A DNA stretch of 63,223 nt, the filler included, from Choristocarpus tenellus KU-1152 (lineage: Eukaryota > Protista > Phaeophyceae): the NCBI GenBank assembly GCA_964200185.2. It is 13 parts of 13 records of this genome, joined end to end, with 100 filler letters (N's around TTAATTAATTAA, not from the genome) between each part and the next. Parts side by side here need not be neighbours in the genome. Positions count along the whole stretch, not along the records: positions 23,072 to 28,857 come from CAXNAD020009758.1; positions 28,958 to 34,112 come from CAXNAD020011682.1; positions 34,213 to 41,856 come from CAXNAD020005828.1; 10 more parts are not named here. One strand, given 5' to 3'. The notes under the pieces are model-generated. The model searched no databases. It was not told the origin of the DNA and saw nothing but the letters and a program-made list of their open reading frames with translations. Shown here one piece after another: positions 23,226 to 34,414 of this stretch; the first letter of the stretch is position 1; each line of letters opens with the position of its first letter. A program made the position numbers and the translations under genes.

Positions 23226-26200
23226 CATATTTCAAACACTCTTACGTCCTCCACTTCCCTCCCATCAAACCCTAACCCTAAACAAATCAAGAAAAAAAAA
23301 GAACAGTACGTAGGGTAGGTACGGACCACTCCATCCTTTCCTACTAAAACAGTTCAAAATAAGACTTCAAAATAAAATAAAATAAAATAAAATAAAATAA
23401 ACAGTACAGTAAAACCACCAAGCTCAACACTCTTTTTATTTCTCGAAGAATCCCTTTTTTTTCACAGACGGGTCAAAAAACAGACATTATTCTTTTAACC
23501 ACATAATACAATACACCTCATATATACCACACAATACAATACACCTTGATGTGCAGCTGTGCAAGCACCAGTCGAAGCTGTCTACGGCAATACATTTTTC
23601 ACATTGCACACATCTACTTCCATTCTAAATACCCATTATTTTTTAAATCCTTTTTTATCTCTTTTTATTTTACCTTGCAATCGTTGTTTGTGAAGCACCC
23701 ATCCTGCAGCCAACGCCCATCGCCTATAGCGGTTTCCCCCCGCCCCCCCCGCCCCCCTGTTGCCGCAGCAGTGTCTACTCCCCTTGCCCCAGCCAGCCAC
23801 ATCATCTTGGCCATCGCCCTCTCTTCATCGTATGTCAATGCAACAGACACACTCTCAAAAGCAACACCTGATGATGCAGACCCTTTTTCCTCCTCCCCTA
23901 CCACCATGGCAGTTGTCGACTTCATGTCCTCTCTCACCAACAGGGCTTGAGACAGTCCCACTGTGCAATAATTCATGCATGATAAATTACATGATAAAAT
24001 TGAAAAAAAAATGGATCGCATAGTTAAGGGGGAGGAGCAGGGGGGGGGGAGTAGGAGGATACCTGGCCATCATCCCTTCTGAAGGGTAACCCCACTATGG
24101 CAAGACACTGTACACTGTACACTTTTTGTGTAAGGCAACAAAAAAAGTAAGAAAAACAAAATAAAAAAGAACAAAATCCCCACCAAACAAAAACATACGA
24201 AACAACATTTATAAATGGCACTAAAATCAACTGCATGACAAAAGGAAAGAGAAACGGCCAAGGGAGACCGACGCCCAGGCCCTCTCACACGACAGCTCTC
24301 ATGTTTGGAAAGGCCAACCCTTTTAAAACTCCTGTCCAACTCTACCTAGTAGTTAGTACCACACCAACTCCTATCGTTGGAAAGCTAAAACTTTAAAACT
24401 CCTCAACTACCCCCTAGCAGTGTCATACAGGTAGTAACCACTTGGTGGCGAGAGCAGTCCTCATAGAAACTTCAACACAGAATTTCTGCATTTTTTGAAT
24501 TTTGTATTTTTTGAAAGGGGATGTGACTCCTTGCTGAGTTGAAAGAGTTGAAAGAGTTTTGACCTCTAGATCGATCGGAAAATATCGTTTTTCACAACGA
24601 TACACTCCCTACAGATACATATAATATACACATAATACATACATACTTATGTACACATGTATGTACACACCATAAATTCTTATCTGTTACTGTGCCCACT
24701 AAACATTTTGAAGATGCTGTCATGGAGGATTTTTTTTTTTTTAATGCAAGGTGAAAACAACATGCTGGTATACATCTACATGAAATTTACAACTTGAGAA
24801 AGGGGGACTATTGCGCCTTCTCACCAGAAACAATCCTTCGTCCCAATGTCGAACCAACAACAATCTACCTCATAGCAGCCCAAGATCACATCTCAAAACA
24901 TCGTATGCACTCTTAATTTCTACGTTTCTTAAGTCTCATTCCAATGGAAAGTGGAAATTATAGTTTCGGGGGGGGGGAAGGGGAAGTCATGAAAGAAAAA
25001 AATTGCAAAAAATAACGGAAAAAATAACTATGCACTATAATAACTAAATTCCAAAAAAAACTGGATAATCTACGGCGCAACAGAAATCCAGTGCTAAGCT
25101 AAGCCATCAACATGCCCTTACATCTACATAACTATGCAAGAATAACATACTCCTCAGTGGTGATATTGCAACACTTGCGGATAAAGGCTTATGTACATTA
25201 CTCAAGAATATCATGTACAAAAAAAAATATGCCTTGACTTGGATCGCGCAACATACAAAAGCAGATTACACGCAAAAAAAAACAATAATATATGTGTAGA
25301 TCATACATAAATATTGTAGATCATACTCTCTAAGAAACGCGAAAGTACGTATGCATAAATACATTATATATTTAGTATACATAACGGACACTGCTGTGCT
25401 AGACAATAAGAGGAGAAATAGCTACATATAAAAAAACAGGGCAAGTATACAGTAGGAAGTGAGACAAATGATAAGCGTGTGTGCGAGTGCGCACGTGTCA
25501 CTTCAGTTTTTCAATCACATCTGACACCATTTGTACTGCTGATTGCTTTTCAATCATCATGGATAATGCCAACTCCCCCCCTCCCCTTCCCACATAAGAA
25601 TGCACCAAAATGATGTCAAAATACGCTTTCTAGAGCTCCACACTTATTTGTCTTCAACTCTAACCCTAACCAAGCCCTAACCCTCAAGGTTTAGAAGTGC
25701 TGCAAAAAGTAGGTAGAACATAAGAGATACATAAACAAGCTAAACAGACATCCCTGCCTCAAATTACCACAACAAAAACGACCCAGCCTCTATGATCATA
25801 ACAAACAAGGGACATTCACACACAGACACAAGCATTCACCTACTTCGCCCTACCTACGTCAGATGTCAGCCCTCCACTACCATGTGCACCCCCAATCCCT
25901 TTAGCCTTCACACCTTAAGTCAAAATTCAGCCAGCCGTTCGAAATTTTACCTTTTTTTTCTATTTTCAACCCAAGCCAACGAGACATGGCCTAGGTTTTG
26001 CTTCCTAAAACTCATATATGTATGAATATCACAACCATGGTGGGCTGTAAGAGGACATTCTACAATCACCCGCCGCACTATTTCTGCTGTGTCTCATTTG
26101 ACTCCTACTGCAGGTCACGAACTTAAGCCAGTCTTCCCCATTTCTTAGAGAAGTTCATCCCGATTCCCACCCATGGCATTTCTCCAACAGTAGAAAGGTT

Positions 26201-27148
26201 GTCCTATCTATATCAGACCGCTCAACAGCTCAGCCTCCGAGTGTTTCGCAAGTAAAGAGCAAGGCGAAAGTCTCTGGGCATTCAGCAATGAGTACATGGA
26301 CTGTACTATACTAGTGCCCTCGACCACTCGTGGATGCGGTATTGCATTGATCTGGACATTTCGGTTGTGTTCAGGCAAGTATGTCGGATACAATTCTTAT
26401 GCGGAATGCGGAAGACGTGTAATATCTTGAAGTAACGTCACTGACTGCGTATGTACACTGTTAGTAAAATCACACGAGATGTAGAACGTCTAGTTATTCA
26501 CATACGATATCCCTCATGTGCAGATAAGAAATCTCTGCGCAATGAATTCCTCGTTTGCTTGAACCTGTATTAAACGCCCCAGAGGCATAAATGCATGAGG
26601 AATGAGGAGCTGAGCCCAATATATGATCCATATCACTAGAAGGAGAGGTAAAAACATCTCATGCTGGAATTTCGATACAAAACCTAAGGCCCCAGCCAAC
26701 GATCTCACCTGTTCCCAACAAAAGCACCACCGCTACGGAGCGCTTCAGAATCCAATATTTTCCAGTGCATCTCATCCTTCGCCGTCCCAACGTCCGTGCC
26801 ACAACACCAACGCCATGTCTCCTATCCTCCCCACGAGTTCCGAGTGAGGTCAACACTGTGGGCATCAAACGTTCAGCCATTCCACCTTCCAACTGCAGCC
26901 TGTGCCTACCCCACGTGTGCCAACCTAAATATTACGTATTCCTTCCGCTTTAATCAGATATGATCACGTCGCCACAACTAACACCACCCTTCCCCTCTTC
27001 CCCCCCTGTTGGTGTCCGGGAATCCTTGCAATATGTTTCCGCGTATGTTCAGTCCCAACTATTCACTCAAATCCAAGTCTTCCAAGTCCATCTGCAACAT
27101 ACTCTCCAACTTTGAAACCTTCCAAAGCACCCCCCTGAATCCGTGGAC
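23226..27148 (-). CDS. Exons of an unidentified protein-coding gene
   Basis: Phase-consistent exons 23945-23674, 23581-23545, 23271-23226 (...DGRWLQDGCFTNNDCK|TASTGACTAAHQG|FDGREVEDVRVFEI). Candidate upstream exons at ~25913-25854 and 27148-27067 (GPRIQGGALEGFKVGEYVADGLGRLGF). Family not recognised. Confidence 0.5.
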
Positions 27149-29415
27149 CTAGAAACGCGAGGCCAAGGCCCCCTAACTTAGTCTCTTCAGGTGACGGGGG
27201 GATAAGAATGAGTTGAGAGACCTCACTACTTAAAATTTGTTTTCAATATACAATGTAGAAGGCAACAAGGGGCGCGAAACACGCGACAAGAGTTGTGCGC
27301 GATTCTCTTATCAGGCGAATCGCCAAGTTTGGGGTTAATTCAGAACCAAAATTCATATTTTTTTAAGTTCAAAAACTGAGAAAATTTCGTCCAGGAATTT
27401 GCTTTAGAAGTCGCAAGTACATACATAGTATAACAATAGTGATAGTATATCCTTCTTGTTTTTGTTGCGTCTATGATGTACATCCAGTATACTCCATCTT
27501 AGGTTCACTACAATGTTCCAACGTCACAGTCAAATTCCTATATTTATCGGATCATATATGAAAAATTGTAACCCACCAATCACATCCTGTCATAAAAAGA
27601 CGGATGATGAGGGTGACAATTTCAATTTGACTATTTCGCAAAAAAAACGGATGGTCTTCTCCTTTTTTCCCAAGGTATGTTCCATGAATGCATGGGTTGG
27701 GGACAGGACAAAAAAAAACATTGTTGTTCATGCTCGGGGAACTTGTTGAAGGATAGGGAGAGAAGGGTGGACAGGTGAAACAGTAGTGACTATGCTTGCA
27801 AGTCGATCTCGAGAAGTTTGAGATCATGTATGGTGGAGGGGTGTGATATACACCCAACAGCAATGAATCAATACATAAACAAGTGGCACGTGTGTTTGAT
27901 GAAACCAATCAATCACTAGATGGATAATTCATACATGCCAGCAAAGACGTGATACCTAAAGTAAATTATATAGCGACTACTAACGAGGTATACCTTTATT
28001 AGCAGAATAGGTGACATACATATGTGGATTGGATATTGAAGATTCCTTTCCTCGTTATTATTGGTCTCTTTTGTTGGGTATAACAATTTGCGTTTTTTGA
28101 GACTATAAATCTATATATATATGTGATCAGCGGTTTTCAAAGTGGATAGACTGGATATGGCTCTGATATTTCTTTTCTTTATTAAACCTTCTTCCAAACC
28201 TGGCGGTGTCAATAACGATCTACCCTTCTCTCCTGTTGAAAGCCACTTACAGTTATTTTTTCTTCGCTATTTTTGTGTTGAGGACTATCCCAACCCATGA
28301 TCACAGGAACTACTACAGACTGGAATACTTATAATACTAACTATCGCAATTACGGCTATTCAATGTACAGTCTCTGTTCGTGGTTTGTTTGTCGCACGTT
28401 CGGTTTAGCCATCCCACCACTCGTCGCTCTGATTCCTCCCTCAAATCTTGTGCTGGACACAGGTCGACATCACTCTGTAATTAAGTCTTGGTTCCTACCT
28501 GTCCGCCAAGATTTTGTGGTATAAGGATAAGGACAGTACATATGTAAAACCAGTAGTAGTAGTACCGCCTACCACTTTGGCTTTGGATTATCAAAAACAA
28601 TTTTTTTCTTTGGAGAAAACTTTGTCCTTATGGGATTCTAACTTAAGTGGTTCGGAATTCAATGTAGGAGGTTTTTCACTCCTTGGATTTCGTGAGGTCA
28701 ACTGCCATGACGCCACACTTCTGAACTGGTAAATCAGGTTTCGATTATCCAAAGTCCATGTGGCAACCAAAATAGATTGTACATCTACACTATCCCATAT
28801 GGGTCAAAGTATCTGGGGGGGGGGGTCGGTGTCCGTTTTTCACCCTTTTTTCGATTTNNNNNNNNNNNNNNNNNNNNNNNNNNNNNNNNNNNNNNNNNNN
28901 NTTAATTAATTAANNNNNNNNNNNNNNNNNNNNNNNNNNNNNNNNNNNNNNNNNNNNCATCCTCATAGTCCCGCTCCATCCTCAATTTTGCGAATCCCCT
29001 GTTCAGTGGAGCCACACATGACATTGCAATGACCAATAAAAACATGTTTAATTGGGAACCTTGTGATGGAACAGTTGAAGTTGGAGGTGGAACACTTGAC
29101 ATTGTGGGGAAGGGGACATCAAATTGGAGTGTGTTCTTAGTGGTAAACTGGAGACTGTTAATTTCACTGATGTACTTGTGGTGCCTGATCTCGGAGAACT
29201 TGTATTCTGCCAAGGCTTACATTCGAGACAGTCACAGTTTCCGGTCTTTCGACTCCACTAGAATCTCAACTGTTGGGAACAATGGGGAACAAATGCTCAC
29301 ATTTGTGTCATTGGGGGAGGAAGAATTATTTTTATTAGGGATATGAAGAGTAAGTGTGAACTCGTCAGACTCTACTACTGCCCCTACCATTGATGCAACA
29401 CCTGTTTCTGGGAAA

Positions 29416-29674
29416 GAGTGAAAATATCTTAGAGGGTACAAGTTTTTCCCTTTTTGTCCGTTTGGGGCTTGGCTTCCCACGGGTATTTTATGATATTTTA
29501 CCGAACCCAAAATATTTTCAAGTAGGTAAAATAGCCGTAACCCTAACCCTAATTGTCCAGAACAAGGATATTGACACTTCCTAATAAACACGATAGCCAA
29601 AATTACATCAAAATGACAACATTTGATTTTGGTCCTCAAATTGACATGACTCTACCCTCTAAGATACTTTGACT
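29416..29674 (-). mobile_element. MITE family A copy nested in the Copia element
   Basis: GAGTGAAAATATCTTAGAGGGTAC ... CTCTACCCTCTAAGATACTTTGACT. Body is the reverse complement of the 19275 and 35703 copies. Confidence 0.85.
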
Positions 29675-31451
29675 GTAACCAAAATTACACTTGACCCGGA
29701 ATACTACTGCGTTGATGGATGTAAATGAGCTGCACGTGCGATTAGGTCACGTACATCAAGGGATGGTCAGGACATACACTTCTGTCATCATAATTTGCTG
29801 ACTGGGATGTGGGGGCCATTTTGCAGAGGTTGCTCGCTTGGCAAGGGTCATAAAGCATCCAATTCCAAAGGAGACGGAGAATCGTGCTTTGGTAAAGAGG
29901 GAACGTTTTTATGTGGACTCGACTGGAGCGAACACAGCATCAGAGGAGGATGTTGCGGCATCTGATGACCTTGCCCAGGAGGGGGCTAGAAGAGTCGATT
30001 TCGCACAGGATGGAGCTGGAGGTATCGACCCAACCCACACTGGGGCTAGAGATGTCGATCTCACCCAAGAGGGGAGTGGAGGAGATGTTGATTGCGGAAG
30101 ATCGATGTTTAAGGCTACTACATTGGTGGAGGATGCTGCAGCGAAGAGTACGCTCCCCCCTGAGGTGGTTGAAGTGAATGCCATAGTCCCAGGTGGGATT
30201 GTTGGGGGGGAGGGACCCACCCCAAAGATGGCACTGCCAGTTATTGACCGCGTTAAAGAGTGTGTAGAATCCCACTTCAAAAATTGTGGTGTATCATGGT
30301 GATGATGATGGGGAGGGATTTTCCAAGTACAAGAAACGATTGTTAACTTGTGCTGCCATGGGTGGGTGGATGGATGCACTATTCACTCAAGACCACTTCA
30401 TTGTCACAGCAGGGGAGTGTAAAGAAGAAGATACTGCGACATGTGGATCCCAATAGTGACTCTCCACCTGAACCAGGCAAACTATTGGAGGAGTTAGGTG
30501 GAAATGATACTGTGGAATTTATTTCAAGTTAACAGGTACCTGGGAATGAGTGGGAATTTGGAGTAGAGGCAATGAAGTCAGAGGAATGGCCCTTGTGGAA
30601 TGGGGCCGTGGATGAGGAAATGGGGATACACAGCAGACATTCAAAGACTCAGTTCGCTTACTCATTAAGTTGGGACAAGGTTTTCGACCAGGGTAGATGA
30701 AGATGGATGGGAAAGGGAGAGTGCAGAGGTCCAAGGTGGGACTAGGACGACTAGAAGGACAAAGAGAGTGGAGAAGGAGGGACCTGTTCCAGACGACTAC
30801 AGATCTATGATTGGTGGTATACAATAGGCTGCTGTCATGACTAGACCTGATGTATCTTTTGAAGTTTGAGAATTGCCATCTAGTGTGGAGAACCCAAGAT
30901 GGTCTGATTGATGGAATGCTCAGAGAGTGATTGGGTACCTGTTGGGTACTAAAGAGCATGGAATTGCCTTTGGCGACATGGATTGTCGACATTGGACAGT
31001 TTCCATAGACCAACAGGTGTATATTGAAAGCTTGGCAGCCAAATGTGGATTAACGAGCGACTGCGACCGTCCTGCTGCTACTACTAAAGAGCATGTTGAG
31101 AAGGGACCAATTGGAGATGGTTATCATGCAATGGTTGGGAGTTTGATGTGGGTATCAACCATGACCAGGCCAGATGTAGCATCAGCTGTGAGGAGCCTAG
31201 CAATGAAGTGTGTGAACCCCACAGTTGCGGATTGGAAAGGGGCAGAAAGAGTGATTGCTTATTAGTTGAGGAAAGGTAGGAGGGGCTAGACGATTTGTTT
31301 GCGAAGATTTTGGGCAGTAACGTTTAAAAACTCCACTCTAGAACTATCATACACTGTGACTAAGGGGTAGTGTGCAGATTAAGTTAATTTTATGTTAGGG
31401 TTGACTTGGGGTTGATTTGATTCTCACTTTATGGTCAGAGCAGGGGGAGTG

Positions 31452-31768
31452 TGTCAAGATTACGCTTGTCCATTTGTGAGAATAAGATTCGAAGTCATGT
31501 TGGATGTACGTAAAAACGATGAAGCGGAACATTCGAGATATTTCTATGGGATAGTTGATCAGAAGAAGGTTTGCGGAATGTTAGACTAGGAGTGTTTCTG
31601 AAGTGTTCTAGAGAACTGTCGGGGCATTTGGTATTGTGAGTTACTTGCTATAAGGTTTGGTGAACCACACCTGGTGATGGTGTCTCACTCTCTTCTCAAC
31701 TCTGATGTAAGCTAATAAACAATAATATAACAACTGTGGGACAACAGATTGTCAAGGACAACTTAACA
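31452..31768 (+). repeat. Copia 3' LTR (~317 bp)
   Basis: Follows the PPT, starts TGTCAAG and ends CTTAACA (imperfect terminal inverted repeat), with AATAAA at ~31714. Confidence 0.65.
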
Positions 31769-32214
31769 TACTGAATCTTCAACATATCTATCCCTATCTG
31801 AACGAACTCGTCTTGGTAAAGCGTTGAAAGTCACTTTCATTGACACAACTTTCTCTTCACCTAAAATACACGAAAAATTGGATCTTCTTGCCAGATTACG
31901 TTCAGTATTTTCCCTCAATACCTCCGAATTGGGTTGGGCACTTGCATAATTGCTGAAGCAGATCTTCCTCTCGAACCAGGTACTAGACCTATTAATTGGG
32001 TATTATATCGTACCAATCCACATGTTAGAGGTATTAAAATATTGACAAGTGTGTTGAAGATACACTAAACTAAGGAATCGAAAACCTTAGCTAAGGTAAT
32101 CTTGAAGGCATCACCACCTGTTTTTTTCTGGACCTCCCTTTTCTCCTTGTAGTTACTCAAGGGGGAGTTATCGAAGCAAAAGGTTCTTGGGCAAGCGATA
32201 ATCGTTCGTCCATG

Positions 32215-33780
32215 ATATAAAAAACCTGGAAATAGCCACCTCTTTGTGGATTCTAGTCTCGACACACCCACATCCAGTTCTCTCTAAAGGTTCTCTGAAA
32301 GACATGAGGTGGTCAATAAGTTTTATTTTTTGGAAATCAATGCAACACTTCAGGGATTTTTGCAATGTTCCGCGCGGAGATGGGTATGGTGGAACTTTTT
32401 GGAGTATCCATGTCAGTCATACAGGAGAGTCTTGACCACTTCAGCTTTGACTATACGAACATTTACCTCAAGTGGTACACCTCCTGCTCGGAAACATAGC
32501 TCTTTCCTGTACTTCTTCAAGTGCCCCCATACGTTCGGGATACCAGGTTGGATATCGTTGGTGATCTCAGCATCATCACTGTTAGACCTCCAAGATAGAC
32601 AAACTTGACTGTCTGCCATACTGTTGTACTCCAGTCTCAATCTGTGTTTCTATGCTAAACTGGGAGGCACACGTGGTCTCCGTTTCTTCTCTGATACGCT
32701 CAGTCCAAATGTCTCCCACACTGTGACAATGACAAACATCATTTTGACCAAACTCTCTTGAGCCATTGACACAACCCCTTGCACCATCAATATGCAGCAT
32801 AAACCACGGTACTAACAACTGTGAAGGTATCTCTTGGTGCCCTCCCCTGAGTCAGTGTCAAATTATCTGGGGGGGGGGGTGGTTTGTGATGGGGCGTCCG
32901 CTTCGGTCAAACAACTCTTTTTGTTGTTGACATTTCAAATCCGACACGTGCGTCCAAATCACACCAAAAAAGTGAAAATCGAGAAAAGGGTGAAAAAAGG
33001 ACGCCGACACTCCCCCCCCAGATACTTTGAACCTCTAAAGGCCTGGTGTTTCTTAAGTTTCTCGTGGTTGTGTAGACAAAATCTTCTTCAGGGGTTTCCC
33101 CTTTGGTGCAGAACATTTCCAGCACAATGGTAAGCTCTGCAGTAAATAATATTATATATCAATGATGTAAACGTCGTTCAGCACTGAACCAGTGTTAACA
33201 TCCCCAATCATCAACCTGCACAGAAGCCCGCAGACTGACATGGTTTTTACAAACGATCGAAATTTTCTTTGTTGGCGTGCCAAATTAGGCCAGTACTGTT
33301 CATAGAAGGTCTTGATCGACAGAGTCATCCACCTTCCTGATTTCTTCAGGAAAAGCAAAAAATGGTATAATACCAGACCACCCCACCCCCCCCCTCAGAT
33401 ACTTTGGGTCTCCTCTGACCGCCACACAGTGAGAATGATGTTCAGGAAGATCTGCAGGGGAAGTGGGTCCTCATCAAGTCCCAGCTTCAAGAATTCCACT
33501 AGAAGGTCATTTGGGGCCATAGACTTACGGTTGACCGAAGAGGGTATGGTTTTCCTCACTTCCCCAATGGTAGGCTCATCAGTAAGTTGCGTATGGGGGC
33601 AGTGGAACGAGCGAGGATGATTGTGAGGTCAAGTTTGGTCGATCTTGCATTCAAACAGTACTCGGAAATGTCTAGTCCTTCGTCCAAGAATAGGTCATGC
33701 TTCTTGTAGCAACCTCCCCATCTCGAACGAATGGAGAGCCACTCTGTACGCTCCTATCCACATTGGTAGAAACCAGCCTG
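32215..33780 (-). mobile_element. Degenerate RTE-clade LINE reverse-transcriptase fragments
   Basis: Minus-strand translations EPTIGEVRKTIPSSVNRKSMAPNDLLVEFLKL and VPLEVNVRIVKAEVVKTLLYD resemble RTE ORF2 motifs (PT-EEV-KAI...GPD-LP-E-LK; K-R-LKA-V--TLLYG). Interrupted by MITEs. Confidence 0.75.
32855..33033. mobile_element. MITE family B copy (G-tract TIRs) inserted in the LINE remnant
   Basis: GTGTCAAATTATCTGGGGGGGGG ... CCCCCCCCAGATACTTTGAACC. Confidence 0.8.
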
Positions 33781-34414
33781 ATCCCTACACTGAACACATT
33801 ATTCCATTTCTGAGGTGTAGGTAACAAAGAAGTCCTGCACAGCTGAGAATCTCGCTCGTTTCAATTCTTTGTCAGTCATCTCCAAAGCCTTTTTGAGAGT
33901 GTGACTTTGTGGTTCGGTATGTAGTTGCATCCAAGCCGACCTACCTCGCTTTGGCAAGTGCAAACCCTCCAGTTCCCCCTCAAACCTCCGAGGTGGCACA
34001 CTATCCTCGAGAAATAACGTTTGGTGTTGGAGGTAGGATCTGTGCAAAATAGGACAATAGTGAAGTGTATCTTATTTTGTGTATATGAGATTATTGTGTT
34101 GAATTGAATCCANNNNNNNNNNNNNNNNNNNNNNNNNNNNNNNNNNNNNNNNNNNNTTAATTAATTAANNNNNNNNNNNNNNNNNNNNNNNNNNNNNNNN
34201 NNNNNNNNNNNNTTTGTTGTATAACTCGGGTGGGTAATGTTAGGGCCCCTTTCCTGGTTTTGGGTAAAATGGACCCCCCTGGGTAGGCCCCCCCCCCCCC
34301 CCAGATACTTTGGGTCTTTTTTCTCCTCTGTCCCTTTTTACATTTCGCTTAGCCTTACCATTGGTGCACACGATCGATTCTCGCCTCTAGTGGACTGTGC
34401 ATATCACCCCCCAC

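Larger units (their letters stand above)
28958..31768 (+). mobile_element. Degenerate, internally deleted Ty1/Copia LTR retrotransposon with 3' LTR
   Basis: Protease-region remnant (VEVGGGTLDIVGKGT), GAG-pre-integrase (ELHVRLGHVH...CRGCSLA), RT C-terminal motif (VGSLMWVSTMTRPDVASAV), PPT CAGGGGGAG at ~31441. Stops and frameshifts throughout. Confidence 0.85.

Noticed and set aside
24337-24612. Transposon-like segment (also ~43670-43860)
   Set aside because: Could not define TIRs, TSDs or a second copy.
27271-27279. E2F-like site TTTCGCGCC upstream of the contig-6 gene
   Set aside because: A single 9-mer with unknown TSS; could occur by chance.
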